From Selaginella moellendorffii (lineage: Eukaryota; Plantae; Lycopodiophyta), in NCBI RefSeq assembly GCF_000143415.4, contig NW_003314422.1, positions 166,391-230,390 on the forward strand: a stretch of 64,000 nucleotides of DNA, written 5' to 3'. Made by a program: the position numbers and the translations under genes. Of the stretch, positions 1-14,368 are shown piece by piece. How positions within the stretch are numbered: position 1 is the first letter of the stretch; each line of letters begins with the position of its first letter. The notes beneath the pieces were generated by a model. The model did not search any database. It had not been told where the DNA came from and worked only from the letters and a program-made list of their open reading frames with translations.

Positions 1-47
1 GAGAGCTGCCTTTTTGTTTCCGAATTAGAGGTGGCGTATATTCCAGT

Positions 48-61
48 TGGCCACGTGGCCA
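48..61. promoter_or_regulatory. Palindromic G-box (TGGCCACGTGGCCA)
   Basis: Perfect 14-bp palindrome around CACGTG; target gene not identified. Confidence 0.3.
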
Positions 62-375
62 CTGGCCTGGTGTGTGCATGAGGCTGTATTATTTTTCCAT
101 GCTTTTCTCATACATCTTCGCGGCGAAGTTGGTGTTTCAAGCCCAAATTAAGGAGCGGACTCGCCGATCTTTGATAAAATTAAAACAACGCGGGCGTGGC
201 AAATTTAACCACGCCCCCACGCCGAGACAGCGAGAGAATATTTTTCTATCGATTTCTTTCTATTTCTTTTTCCGGAAATTTCCGAAATTTTTAATTCCCG
301 GAAAAGTAAAATTTCTAGGTAGCTTTGACTGCGAGGGAGTCGCGTCGCCCAATCAGCGTCACTCTCACAAAGGGA

Positions 376-379
376 GTGT

Positions 380-413
<34 letters not shown>
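376..413. repeat. (GT)n microsatellite
   Basis: Seen directly; one interruption. Confidence 0.9.
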
Positions 414-417
<4 letters not shown>

Positions 418-3400
418 ATCATATTGATGTGTGGTGCCGGTGAATAGTTTTTGGGTAGAAAGCGTCGGGAGATTGCATCATCATTGGGGTTGTTGCAATG
501 ATTGCGACAAGCGCGTACGTTCGGGGCCGTACACGTGGCGCCAAGGCCGTGCCCTAGTACGGACGCGCGGGGGGTGGGAATATCCGTCCCATTCAAACAC
601 ACGGTTCTTCTACTAAAGAGGGGGGCCACAGAGCACCCAGTGGGGAGGGAGCTCCAAGTTTCATTGTGAGTGTGAGCGAGCGTGAGTGAGAGATTGAGTG
701 AAAGCTGCTGCTGCCCAAGAGCGCCTTTGTTTTCTTGCTGCGTTTGTCAAACCAATCAATCGAGCTGGGTCTGGGTCTAGGTCTGGACGAATGGACTTGT
801 ATGGCCAGAGAGAAAGGGAAAGAAAATTTGCAGCGGCCCTCTCGACAGGAAGGAAAGGGAGAGAAAAAAAAAAAAATGGGGCACTGGGTAAGAACTGGAA
901 TGGAGTGAATTGAATGGGCAGCGACACCACCACTAGTCGGCTGTGACATCACTTTAAAAGCAAAAAAACCACCAAGGCCCGGGTGGGGGAGGAGACGATC
1001 TCCCAGAAAACAAAGAGCGGAGGAAACCGTTTGGATTGCGAGGAATCTAACATTTATGAATGGCGACCATTGATGCTGGCTAGAGCTGAGATCCAAATTG
1101 AGAAAGGTGTGGTGCAGAGAAGACAGATTGTGTTGTGCTATATATATATATTTTTTAATTCCAGACTCCTATGTGGCAGCCAGCATCAGCACCACGTGTC
1201 TGCCACATGGGACTCAAACATTGTGAAAAAAGAGAAAATTCCAAAACCAGGCTGGTAGTGTCCAGCATTATTGAGCAGTGGATGCAGAATGGACTGAGTG
1301 GTGAGGTTCCATATTCCATGTTGGGTAGGGTCTGGGTGGGAGTGCAGCAGATTGTGCAATGCCAAAGCAATACATTGACAAGCAGGAATGGCATCCTACT
1401 CCTAATCCTAGGTAGAAACTTTCTGTGCCTTCGTGGACTCTCCTCTTGTTTACTTTTGGTTTTCTTTCTTGGTTCTTTGTTGGTGGGGTTTGAAGGAGTA
1501 GGTTGAAGGTCCTGCTGCTGCTGCTGCTGCTGCTCCTGTTTCTTCTGCTCCTGTTTTCAGCAACAGGGCAATCCAATCCACAACACAAACACAGAGGTCC
1601 CTCCACTGCAGTCCAAAGCTATTTACATTTACCATTCCATACCAAGAACATACAAGCAAAAGGCAAGAAAGGGATTGGATTGGGAGACTTGTTCCTTGTG
1701 AAAGGAACTATTCTCCTGTACCACTGCTTTAAATGCAGGGCAAAATCATTTGGCTCACATTTTAAGTGGAAAATCTGGACTGCTATACCTTGGGCTTGTA
1801 GTGGGCCAAAAAAGTAAATTGGATTCTGTAGGGTCCCATCTTCTTCCTGTCAAATGAGGCCAATTCCTTTCCATCTTTTCTTTATTTTTATTTTATTTTT
1901 CTTTTAATTTTTCAGTTTCCCTATACAAGCAACTGTCAAGAAGGATCCTCATGGATGAATGTGCTGCTATCCAGTTCCTGAAATCTCATAAATATAATAA
2001 TGGAAAAGAAATTGTAAGCTTTTCCAAAAATGCATAAATCAGGCTGTCTGTCAACAGTTCGTACACAGAAGACAATGCCAGTGCTACACTTGTTCCCCTC
2101 ACACCACTGTACTCTCCTGCTTTCAGATCCTGGCCTGGCTCTGGCCCCCCTCCTGGACTGACACACTCCTTTGAGAATAAATCATTGATGCTGCCCTACA
2201 CTTGCTACTTTTGCTGACACTGCTGCTGTTGCTTCCTTGCACTGGGGGGTTCTGGAACCAAGAAATTTATACATATAGCTGTTTATCTAGAAAAAAGAAA
2301 AAAAGTCATTAGAAAACTCTAGAGTCTTGTTTGTAGCAGCTCAGGAAAATGCAAAACTTAAACTCTATAAATTAACTGTTGGTGGTGCTGCTATTGCTGT
2401 TGTTCATGCCAGAGGCATGAGCAAAGCAAGCAGCATGCCCTGCATTATCACATCCACCACCAACTTCAAACATATAGTGGGATCACCCTCAATCTGTGGC
2501 ATATCTTTGGGTCCAAGATACATAAGAGTCATGTGTAAGTATTGGCACGGCACACAACTTTCTCTGCTTTTGCTGGCTAGAGTGTGTGTGTGGGTGTGTG
2601 CGCTTGTGTGTGTTGGTGTGTGTAGGTTGATGCTTTTTTTGAGTATTAGGTAGCTTTGCACTTTCTTTGTGGCTTGCATTATAGAAAATTTTGATTCCTG
2701 TCTTAGTGCTTGCTGCTGCCTGTAAGACTTTGTGTGTGTGTGATGTGTGTGGGTGTGGTGTGTGTGATTATTATTCTCGTGTACTACCACTTTATTTGCA
2801 TATTCATTCATCCATTCATATATTGTATACAAGGTCTTGCAGCGCCCCCATGGTCCTATGCTTCCAACTTATGTATAGAATATCACTAAGGAAGTGTTGG
2901 TGGTATCTGTCCAATTTATTTTTGCCCCCAAAGTGATCTTGACAATGCTGGTGGTGTGCTAGGAGCTACTAAACTATAATCCTCTAACTGAGGAAAATGA
3001 ATGGATTCATGCTCTTGTTGTGACACTGGAGGTCTTCATTTGCCTTCTTTTTCTTTCCTCCCCCTTTGTGATTCTTGATCCTAGTTAAAGCAACCTCAAC
3101 TTGTGTGATTGACAGCAACTTCATTGTCTAGACAAGTTGGGTGGGATTTTGTGTCGCTTCTCTATTGCTTGGATCGAAATCCCAGTAATTAAGTTAAGTG
3201 GATCCAATCCTGACTAGCCAGCCGGGACCAGCAAGCCAAAGCAGCACCAGCAACATCTTCGTGAAAACAACAACAGCACACGAAGAAATGTCATGGGAAG
3301 TTTGCTGGCGATTTCCTCCTCACGTATAAGCTCACAGTTGCAGACCGTGACCCGGAATAATAAATAATAATAAATAAAAAAGCGAGAAAAAAAGGTTGTG

Positions 3401-5949
3401 GGAAAAAGAAATCCTTGAATGTGTCCGCAACTTAGTGGAGAACTCCTTCACATGTTGCAATCGAGGGCGAATTGAACATTGATCTAAGCAAGTTGCTTCG
3501 TGCATCTCTCTTTCAGAAACATTAGAGTAAAAGAGAGGCCCGAGTCCACGTCTGGAATCCCTGGGTTCTTTCGGTCCGACACATCGCTCACATCCAAAGT
3601 AGCTAGATAGGAGAACTCATTGAATGCATACGAGAACTTCCCATGTCCCCCTATTATAAATTTTCTTCCTTTTTTATTAAAAAGGGCAAAAGAAAACAGT
3701 AAGAAAACAAAAACAAATCCTTGTAGTACTTCGCTATCAATTCTTATTGAGGCGTGGTTTGGTTCCGTAGCACACAACAATCTGCCACCTACAGGCCTGA
3801 ACAAAGTAAGAGTCGATACAAAAAAAAGGATTCATTGAAAGCTGATCCGTCAACAGCAAAAAGCACAAGTAAAAAAACAAAATAAAAATAAAATAAAATC
3901 TTTGTAAAAAGGTAATGGCACCATTCTCTCCACGTAAAAAAACCAAATGAAGAAAGCTGTGGTCCCTGTGGGAAACGATGCGCTGATCATCCCTTGTTTG
4001 TTTGTTTGCTTCTCTCGCGTCTACTCTCTGGCTTTGTTTGCTTTGCGTTTCTTTGGCTCGCCCCCTCTCCCGCCCGGCCTAGCGTAGCTTTAATGAAACT
4101 TGAGGGACCCTCTCTCTCTCTTTCTCGTCCAAATTGATCATGGAATTGTTCTCTTGATGATAAAGAACCTTGTCAAGCCAACTGGCGATGGCTACCACCA
4201 CCACCGCCACCTTTTCTTCCTATCATCGTTGTCAGTTGAGTAGAAGCCACGCCCCATCACAAGTAATTCTCTATGCACTGGGTCTTGACACACTACCCGT
4301 GCACAGGCGAGAGCTCGAGACGTGAAGTTGAGAGCCTGGAAAGCTGTGAGGCCTGGACCACTCATAAAACTCTATTTCCTTTCATAGAAATATCAATAAA
4401 GTATTTGAATTTATTATACAACACTATTATCTCTTTTGTCATGTCGTACCATTTGCATTGCGTGATCCCTGGTCAGACGCACGAGGATGTCACCCCAGTT
4501 TTTAAGAGACAAACAAGCGAAAAGATTGGAAACGGAAACTCTTACTGGTTTAGGATCAACTTAGAAAGAGGTATGCATACAGAGGGGCTATATAGTATAG
4601 TAAATAGCTTATCGTTTTCTGATTCTCTTTCTGCAGCCTAGGAAACGATGCACTACGCTCCAGACGGCGTCTGCCTGCGTGGAGATTGTGTGTGAGAAAG
4701 CGATGGATGGATTGAAAGATAGATAGCACCACCCGAGTCGTCTTCCTTTACTGGGTGTTTTGAGTGGGACTTGCTGCTGCTGCTTCTCAGAAAAAAATGG
4801 GTGGGGCAAGTTTCCATCACTTGAATTCCCGTGATGTAAGCCGTGTGCTCATTAAGCACGGCGGATTCACGAGAACTAGAGAGAGAGAGAGGCGGGGCGG
4901 TCTTTTTCGGGCCGCAGTCGGACTCTAGCTATCTGTTTCTGTATGCAAGAATTTGATTTTCTAGAAAGAAAAAATAGAAACTCTGTACCACCTTTCATAA
5001 TAATATAAGATCCCGTGAGGATGAGCGCTTGCAAGCACACATTTTCTTGCCTGATCGCCCTGCGTGGTGATGCTGTGTACGCAGATGACTCACATAGAAT
5101 ACTGAAAGACACTCGTAATTATTCACACTGGTACAGGGCCCCGGGAATATCACTCTTGCTTCTTGGTCTCTTCCTCTTGTAGCTAATCTCTCCACGCTTC
5201 CGAATGGAACAAGGAGCGTGGTTTTGGGGAACTGTTCTCTCGCTGTACACGCACAGCAGCATTTGGCAAGCTTTTTCCATTTCAGCTTCATTACACGGAC
5301 TGAGCACTGCTGGGCCTGCTGCTGCTGCTGGATCTGTGTTCATCCAGGACTTGGCTTGTAATTCAACACACCCCGCTGACAGTGACAAAGCTCTTTTGGT
5401 TTCTAGTCCTTTTGCAAGAGACGCGTACCAAGCACAGCTCCTCCAGACAAAAACGAGAAGAAGCTTCACCTCTTTCTCTAGTACTGGCAAAGAATCAAAG
5501 CACCTCTCACTTCAGCCATCCTGTTTTTGCACACATGACGCGTCTGTGTATGTCTCCTTTTCTTTTTTCCTGGCTTGACCATATACCGGCATTACACCAC
5601 CTGGCGTAAAATGGAAATTAAAGTCTTTGCATGGAACCACGTACTCCACCGTCTATATTGATTTCACTACACACACTTTGGAAAGACTTGTCAAACAGCA
5701 ACTCGGAACGAAACTTTTGCCGTGTGGTGGTGTGGACTGGGCACAGGCGCAGGCGAGTGCTCCTCTTTCTCGTGTCAGCTTTTGGGTGAAATTTACGCCC
5801 ATGATTTTATAGTGGAGCCTAACTTGCTGACTTTTGCTCCTTCGTGCTTGCTGCAAAACGCATAAACATTTGCAATCTGTAATCTCGTGCTAAAGATCTT
5901 CCGTGTTTTTTTATCGCTCTTCATCATCATTTGGATATCGTTCCGTGAT

Positions 5950-8524
5950 GAAAGTAGAAGAAGATCAGCGTAAGGACGTTTGTCCAGCTTCTTTCAACCT
6001 GAAACCTCCAGCCGATCGAGCGTGGCCATACAACCTTCGCCAATCTCGACCAAAGATGGTAGATCCATCAGGAAAAGCCGCTGGATCCCCCGCATGGGAG
6101 GAACTCGTGGCAACTTCTCGCAATACGAGACATGCATTGCCACCGGCGAACTCTCGGCAATCTCGAGCAGCGAAGGCAAGTTGCTCAGCCGGAGCCTGGA
6201 ATAAGAGGAACTCTGGCAAGCTTCTCGCAGTGTGAGATGCTAACCTTTTAGCCTTTTAGCGAGAGCTTTTCATGTCGAGGGAGACGAAAGTTTATGTAGC
6301 TTCTCGCAGCTTGAGACGTGCAGCTTTTTCACACCCTGAAATGTATAATCTGTTCAGCGGCAGACTCCCAAGTCGGTTCGATTCCACAACCGGATATAGA
6401 AAGCTCAGCGAACATACCCGTAACTCGTCAACTTTGGTCTGGAAGCGAGCAAACTCCCGGCAGTCCGATATTTTAAGTTCCTGGTCGCCGCCTCCTTGTT
6501 GTGATTGTTGTGAAGTCATGGTTTCTAGGATGCGCTCCATTGTGGGACAGCCCGTGAGTTCTAGCCGCCGGAGATCGCAAAGCCTGCCCAGTCGTGGAAC
6601 TTCGTCTAGCACTCCACACCCGTCTAGTACCAGCACCTTCAAGCTCGTAAGCTCTTCAAAACCGCGTGGAAGCCATCTCGTGGCATTTGCAGGCGCGTGA
6701 GACTCGGGAAGTCGCGCAGACGATGGCAGCCTTGTCACTCGAAGACTTCTCAGGGGTAGCACCCGTAGCATTCTGGAACCACTGAGAGACTCGTCGGCAT
6801 CACTGCTGAATTCTCGTGTGTCTACCAGGATAAGATCAAACACTTCCAAACTTTCTTTGACGTGGCCGCAATCCCAGTCCGTCCATATATCACCTTCGCA
6901 TGGACGAAGTCGTAGCACTTTCAGCCGTCGTAAGCTCCAAACCAGCCGAAAGTTCTTCACTTGGCGGGTGTCATCATCCTTCCTACAAAGCTGAGGTCCA
7001 CAGCAGCACCTTCCTGTTTGCAGCTGTTGTCCCGGATCACAGCGCGCGACTCTAGCCTTGTCAAGCTCTTGAGATGTTCCCACAAGCGAACATCACATAT
7101 GCACCTTCAAGTGCCTAAGCTCCAGAAGTCTGTCGAGAGAAAATCCAGGCGGATAATCCTAAGGTGATGTTGACCGTAGACAAGCCCGCAGAAGTGAAAC
7201 ATGTCGATCGTTGACGAGTAACGCATCATGATGAAGGACAAGAAAAGAAGCTGCGCGTCTTCGTTCCCCATGTCCATAAGCTCAGCTGCAAAACTTGGAA
7301 TGCGCCATTCCACTCGTCATTAAGTTCCCACCTAGCCATCTTCTCGTAAACGTGCAATCAGCTGCCGTGCTTGTTTCGTCTCGCATACTTGGTCACCACC
7401 TCTACCGCTTTAGGAACTCCACTGCACTGCCAAACCATTTTCTTCACGAGCTCGGCATCAAATCTCGTCTTCTCCAAAGGCATGCACACAGAAGAGCTTG
7501 TAGCTATCGTCGTATGACAAAGGGCCAACCGTCACACCCGTCCACCTGTGATCGTCCAGCAATATATCTGCGTTCCTTGTGATGGCTACCACCTTGTTTC
7601 CCCTCCCTATCTTCTCCGTCAAATGTGTAGCCAGTTTTGCTTCCACACGTTGTCCAGAACTAGCAGGTACCTCTTCAGTGTGCTCCTAGCTATGATGTTG
7701 AAAATTTCTCGTCGCCCGTTTCCAACAGACCCCACCCTCCGGTCACTACCAGTCAATCGAGACAGAATGTCTGCTTGCAAAGTTATCAGCATCTCTAGAG
7801 ACTCTCTGTTGTCAAACTCGATCCCAGCAAAGTGGCCCCTCACCTTCGTGTCTTGACACAACTGAGTGAGAAGTAGAGTTTTTCCTACGCCGGCCTGGCC
7901 AAAAACACAAATCCTTTCAGCGCCTCCCATGTCTAACAGCAGGGACTTGAGCCTCGTAAAGTCGCCATCTCTACCAACGATTAAACCCTGAGAAAGACTT
8001 GGTGGCTGGCAGCGGTAGTCTATCTCGGAAGAAGAGCTTGGTTGAGTCACATGAGAATCTGATGCCTGGATATCTCTCGCGAGTGTCAAAGCTGAAGGCT
8101 GCTGTTCCCGTTGCTGCTCAAGTGCCAGCTGAGCATTTATAATCGGCAGGAACCTCTCGACCTTAGACTTGGCGTCGTAGAAACGAAAAGTGTCCATGAT
8201 GTATCTAAACAAACAACAAGGTTCAGGCGGTAAGAGAAACACATCGTACCTGGGATGAGCTGAGCGGCGATTTTCAAAATGCCGCTCCATGTCATTGAAA
8301 TAGTTGCTGAAGAGCTTGAGCGCCTGATATTCGTCCGACTTTTGGTCATTGAGGAGTTCAATGCGTGCCTGTACACGATTGTAAACAGTGTACTCGTTAA
8401 TTACCTCCCTGGACTCGCTTTGGAAATACCAGAACTTGGAGAACGCATAGAAGAGAGCTTTGAAGCCTTCGTTGATAGGCTCTGCGATGACTGCCGGCAA
8501 GATGGAAGTGTTATCGAAAGACAT
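5950..8524 (-). pseudogene. Degraded NLR (helical N-terminal domain - NB-ARC - LRR)
   Basis: P-loop GQAGVGKT and kinase-2 YLLVLDNVW (ORF 7619-8524). After a frameshift, RNBS-B-like GNKVVAITR and LSYDDSYKLFCVHAF (7458-7646). After another, GLPL-like CSGVPKAV followed by an in-frame TGA. LRRs such as LTSLKVLVLDGC and LCDLRRLELTGC (6292-7083, 5994-6179). Several frameshifts and stops; 3' end approximate. Confidence 0.88.
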
Positions 8525-8732
8525 AGCCTCCCAGCAACAAATGGCATCCTCGAAAACGAAAATGAGAGCTGAGATGATATTAAAACATTAAAAAACAGAT
8601 CAACTGACATTCAGAGACATACCTTTAGCAGCAAAGGGAACTTCTTGAAGAAGAATTGTAGTAAGACAAATCCACCGACAAATGAATGCCTGGGTCCCAA
8701 TGTGTGAAAATATTCACACATACCCGAAGAGA

Positions 8733-11401
8733 TCAAGCTCGTGGCTTTGATTGAGCAACTGCTTCGTCTACACGTTTCAGCACGTCCAAGTGAACAAGCA
8801 AGGACGATATGTCTGAAGGCCTTACTCCACCAATTCGTGAAGCCTGTCCAATATTTCGAGGTCGTATCTGCATGAAATTCGACAGTGTCACATAAGCACA
8901 CAGTTGGTTTGGAGCGACTCACTTGTGTCAATTTCTCTCTTGCTTCTTTTGACAACGTCGCGACTGAGGTATAATCAACACTATCAGGAATTTCTTTATG
9001 CAGCTTTAATGCCATCTGTAGTAAGAAATAGTCAGGGAAGAAGTTGACCAAAGGTAAAAACCAGAATGACCTGTTTAAGCTGCATCGTTTGACGAGCTAT
9101 GAGGCCCTCGTACTTGATATCAATCTCCACGCATTCCTTCTCTTCCCGTGATAGCAAAGGATTTCCAGCGCCATGTTTATCCAGTAGCTCATAATGGACA
9201 TGCGGCCTTTTCAAGAGCATGTTCAGCAAAACTGGACCATCAACAGGTTGCCCGGATAACTGCAGAACCTCTGCGTTCATTTTCTCGGAACCTGCATATA
9301 GTGGTTCTGTTACAACAAGAAAGAAATGCAAACAAGAACGTCCTTACAGTATCGAGTGGTCTGTAGACGTTTTTTGTCGTCAGAAATACGAGACTGTTTC
9401 TCCTGGTAAAGAGACCACCGTCTGTCATCGATTAAGCCGAGGTCTCTCCCCACCGGAGTAAGACGACTATCTGCATTATCGGCCCGAAGTAGCAGACGAT
9501 GTTCTGAACGGCTGCATTTGAAATGCATTAAAAAGGGCAAGTTAAGTGAAATAAACATACTTGCCTTGTTAACATGCGATATGGCTCTCTTAAGTTCTTT
9601 GTTACCAGGTCGTCTATTAGTGTTCCTATATATGAGCTCTCCCTTTCCAGAACAAAAGAATCCTTCTTGCAGCAATATCTTGCAGCATTAACACCTGCTA
9701 CGAAACCCTGCATTGTAATCAACACATTTTTATATATCCAGCCAGAACACCACCTGTACCTGAGCAGCAGCTTCTTCATATCCAGTTGTTCCATTTATCT
9801 GTCCACTGAAATATAAACCCTCTAGCTTCTTTGTCATTAGCGTCGGATAGCACTGGTTTGCAGGCAAATAATCATACTCCACGGCATATGCTGGTCGCAG
9901 CATCGCACAGTGTTCTAAGCCAGGTAAGGTTTGCAGTAAAGCTAGCTGCAATCTCTCCGGTAATCCAGTCGAAAATCCCTGGTTTCAAGCAATATATGTC
10001 AGAAAACTACATCTTTCTTATCTTCCAACCTGCACATAAAGCTCAGGAACACTTCTTCCTTCCGGTTCTAGAAATATTTGGTGGCTGTCTTTGTCTTTAA
10101 ATCTGACAATCTAGAATTCAAAGCAATATCAGAATATTTATATGCTTTCATACCGTAAACATTTTACCTTGTCTTCGATGGAAGGGCAATATCTGGGGCC
10201 TTTCGATTCCACCCATCCTCCATATGTTGGAGTTTCAAGTAAATTTTCGTTAATGAGCCTGTGAGTCTCTGGCGTCGTCCGTGTAATGTAGCAACACTGC
10301 TGGTCTCTCTCAACGTGTGCGGCTGGATCAAAGCTGAACCACCTCACCTAGTATCAATAACACGTTGCAACAAAACGGGAAAAACAAGCATTCTTACCTC
10401 CTCGTCACCAGGCTGCGACTCCAATCTGCTTGTATCCACGGTCCGAACATCCACCCTTGCGGGAGTTCCCGTTTTAAGCCTGTCGGTCTCAAAACCAAAA
10501 CTCTGAAGGTTCTCCGTAAGTCCTTGCGATGCCGACTCGCCCGCTCTCCCTGCGCTCATGGATTTGCGTCCAACCCATATCTTTCCATTCATAAACGTCC
10601 CGGTCGTCAGAACCACCGCTGGTGCAAAGAAATTAACGCCGAAGAAGGTGCCGACCCCTTCAACGTTGTCATTTCTTCCAACCAGCACCTCAGTCACCAT
10701 AGACTCCCGGATAAACAGATTCTCTGTGCTGAAAGTTAGCCAAAAACAATATAAATCCCATAGAAAGATCGAAAGAAGAGAAAAACGCTTACGTTTCCAC
10801 GACCTTCTTCATCTCTCTAGCGTACTCCCTCTTGTCGGTTTGGGCACGCAAAGCCCACACCGCAGGACCTTTGGAACGATTCAACACTCGCTTTTGCAAA
10901 TAACACCTGCAAGGAAGGATAAACAATTGGCAACGAGAAAGAAGATAAGAAAAATCGCTTATACTTATCGGTGATCTTTCCAATCTCTCCGCCAAGAGCA
11001 TCCACTTCGTGAACCAGTTGCGATTTCGCCGGGCCACCAACAGCGGGATTGCAAGGCTGACAAGAGAGATTTCTACATGCAAATGAGAGATTTCCGTGTC
11101 TACCTGCCAAGCTATTCGATCGAGATTGAGTGTGAGCATCAATGTGCGAGCCCCCATTCTCGCCGCTGCTAGGGCCGCTTCGCAGCCGGCATGGCCGCCT
11201 CCAACAACGATGACATCGAAGTCGTGCTCCTTCCCTGTGCGTGCAAGAGATTGGACAAGGAAAATCGCGAAATTTCGGAGATTTACCACTGGCATTGCAG
11301 CACAGTAGCGAAGATCTTCGCTTCCCACAAAGCCTGGCATCGCTCCAAGGGACGCCGGGCCGGACATTGCGTGGTGTCGATGGAACGAGTAGCGTAGCCA
11401 T
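8733..11401 (-). CDS. mnmG: tRNA uridine 5-carboxymethylaminomethyl modification enzyme GidA/MnmG, probably plastid-targeted, multi-exon
   Basis: Exons join to give [77 protein letters not shown] and [25 protein letters not shown] at 11401 with a transit-peptide-like exon 1; last exon [15 protein letters not shown]...KPRA*, TGA at 8733. Confidence 0.95.
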
Positions 11402-13726
11402 AAACCCTAGCACTTTAAGCGGCGCCCTTTAATCTAAAATTTTTCCTTCTCTATCCTGAATAACAGGCTCTAGAATCAAATGGCTAGCATGTGTCATAGA
11501 CAACATCTTGTTAAAACAACACAAAACATAAAACCATGAAAGAAAAGAAGTTGCCCAAAGTTCCACAGTGAGATCATTGGCCACCTTTTGGTTCTTGACT
11601 GTCTCCTGGAGTGTGCCATGCTATAACACTGCCTTTCGCCTTCATGGTGATGGTATGGTTTACTTCCCAGGAGAAGGGAGAACTTGACAGTATGGAGTTC
11701 TATTGGCCAGGGAGATGAATTTGGGCCATTTGTCCTGCTTGCTCACAATAATATTACAAATGAAACGAAAGTATAAAGGCAGGAATATGGATGCCTAAAG
11801 GCAAATCAAATCATGAGCTATAGTAGTCTCACTGGAGCACTCAGCTTCAACAATGATGCATCTAACAGCTTGATGCAACATCTGGAACCTCAATCACTCC
11901 TTTACCGTAAGAACTTTGATCATCTTGAAACGAATTCATGACTAAAGTGTCTGATTCCCCTGCCAACATTTATAGCTCTGAAAAATTCCACTTTCAAGCT
12001 TTATAATGTTCTTGACATCTGATGTTCCTCCAGCACTACAAAATGGACCCGGTGTTTGGGGCTGGATTCTTCCAGCATATCCCGCTGATATGAAGCAGAA
12101 ACGCCATCTTGCAGATCCTCTTTTCAAACCTATGACATTGTAAAATTCTAATTTCAGCATGAGAACCAAAGCAGCCCCCACCATAGAAATCCACCAGGGC
12201 TGTGACATCCCAGAAAAATTCCTAGGAAATTTACCACACAGGGTAAATAATCTCTGCCAAGCTTTTGATTGTATGCCACTAGAGCCTCTCTTTTTTGGTA
12301 GACGGCGTACTTTTATTTGTTGCGCTTCCTTCATTGAAGCAATGTCCTGAACGAGAAGAAAAATCTTAGGAGAAGCTGAAGTGTGTGAGCACAAAATCTC
12401 TGAAGAACTACTTCCACCAATTTACCCACACCCTCTTCATCCCTTCCCACCCACAATCCCCTACTATCTAGCCAGCCCTCGCCACCGTGCTTGCGGCATG
12501 AACGGTTGGATTGGTCCATGCAGCCCATCCATGCCCATCCAATGTGGCATGACCGACCAATATTTGAAAATTTGTTCGTTGCAGAAAGATTCCACCAATA
12601 TAAAATATTTAATTTTCAGTTCAATCCACATGAAAGCTGGTAGAGAGAATATGGTTATAGACTAATACAACACCATACTCTAAGATGGTGACCAATCGAT
12701 CACCAAATAAGAGATAGCATTCTAAGAAACATTGGCCTTGCTGCCATTATAAGGCATATTATATTATAAAGCCACTGCCAGCAGATCTCATCATCAATCA
12801 CCCTGCTAAAACATGAGAATATGAAGAGCAACATGTGTACAAGTAGGTGCAGAATTATCACCATTTCAATGGACATTAAAAGGATATTTGCTATTGTGGC
12901 CTTATGGTGGAGATCTACTCTTGTGGTTGTGCGACTCACTATGTTATCCTGAAAGAACAAGTGAAACTCATTCTACTAGAAGAGTGGCAGATTAAGAGTT
13001 TTATCTGCTGCTTGATGATGAAAGTGGCGATCTCAAGGTGTTCAATCATCCACCAGGTGCCAAGGCAAAAGGCCTCTGGAACTAGTGCATCACATTTGAC
13101 ATCTCTAGGGCAAGTTGTCAAGTTGTATCAGGAAAAGCCAGTAGAAACACTGGCCCAATACTCATGGCCTAGTTATCTCATCCCACCTGACTTGTACTCT
13201 CCAACCATGTTGTCCTCGACATCTGATGTAGCTCCATGCTGGATTTGTGGTTGAACTTGCTCCTTCGAACCAGTAGAGTCCTAGTTTCAAACTTTGGAAC
13301 ATCTCCTAGTTTTTGTATCACTTTGAGAATCTGCTACTATACCTCTTTTGGCACATCATATTCCCACAATACTTGTTGCAATATCTCTATCTATAGCGCA
13401 TGTGATCATGAAATGAAATTTGGATATACTATCACCGTGGATCCTTGGAATCTTGGGGGATAAATGGGGATAAAATAGCCACTAAAGGCTCTCTCATTAA
13501 GCAATTGCCCCTTTTCCAGTTGGCTTAAGAGGAGAGAGATACGGTGCGCTACATTTGGTATCAGAGAAAATGGCACGAGTTCGATTCTCATTGATTAGTG
13601 GCTACTTAAAAATATAATATACCATTGAGTAAAGTATATTCCTACCCTTAAATTTGAACGAGTGGATGACTAGTTGTCTCACATGGAATAACTAATCTAC
13701 ACAATGGAAGGATTGGTAGATTGAGT

Positions 13727-14368
13727 CAGAGCGGGGTCTCAGGTCCGAGTCAGAGCGGGGTCTCAGGTCCGACTCTGTTGGTTGGCTGGTCCAGTTTTCT
13801 CCCACTAGGCTCGACCCGAGGGGTAGGGTGTCAAGAGAGCGGGGCTCTCGGGAGAGCTGTGGCTCTCAGCTTCCGTTCATGAAGGCGTGAACTTACAGGA
13901 ATCGCACCACATGTTGATTGACATCTGGCTGGTCCAGTTTGCTCCCACTAGGCTCGACCCGAGGGGTAGAGTGTCAAGAGAGCGGGGCTCTCGGGAGAGC
14001 TGTGGCTCTCAGCTTCGCCCTCGGTTGGCTGGTCCAGTTTTCTCCCACTAGGCTCGACCCGAGGGGTAGGGTGTCAAGAGAGCGGGGCTCTCAGCTTCCG
14101 TTCATGAAGGCGTGAACTTACAGGAATCGCACCACATGTTGATTGACATCTGGCTGGTCCAGTTTGCTCCCACTGGGCTCGACCCGAGGGGTAGAGTGTC
14201 AAGAGAGCGGGGCTCTTGGGAGAGCTGTGGCTCTCAGCTTCCGTTCACGAGGGCGTGAACTTACAAGGAAGCGTGGTGGATTGTAAGCAACCAAAGAAAG
14301 GGAAAGGGCCCATGAATAAAAGTGCACCCCCTTTTCCAATCGGTTAAGGGTCTTAGGATAGTTGGGGT
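13727..14368 (+). repeat. Tandem array of Cassandra internal-domain units plus a truncated Cassandra LTR
   Basis: Four units of GGCTGGTCCAGTTT...GGCTCGACCCGAGGGGTAG...GGCTCTCAGCTTC matching 14700-14815, followed by a deleted LTR starting TGTAAGCAACC at 14282. Confidence 0.85.

Noticed and set aside
1503-1817. Secreted-peptide-like ORF MKVLLLLLL...
   Set aside because: TTG start; the hydrophobic run comes from a (CTG)n microsatellite; no peptide-hormone motif.
640-3965. Partial matches to miR159/319 (~647, ~1605), miR171 (~2540) and miR396 (~3950)
   Set aside because: Only 8-13 nt match, and no complementary arm forming a hairpin was found.
11500-12900. Coding-looking fragments, e.g. ORF 11942-12394
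   Set aside because: Stops in the plausible frames and no recognisable domain; left unannotated.
13727-14280. CRISPR-like repeat array
   Set aside because: The units are Cassandra internal sequence without unique spacers; eukaryotic context and no cas genes.
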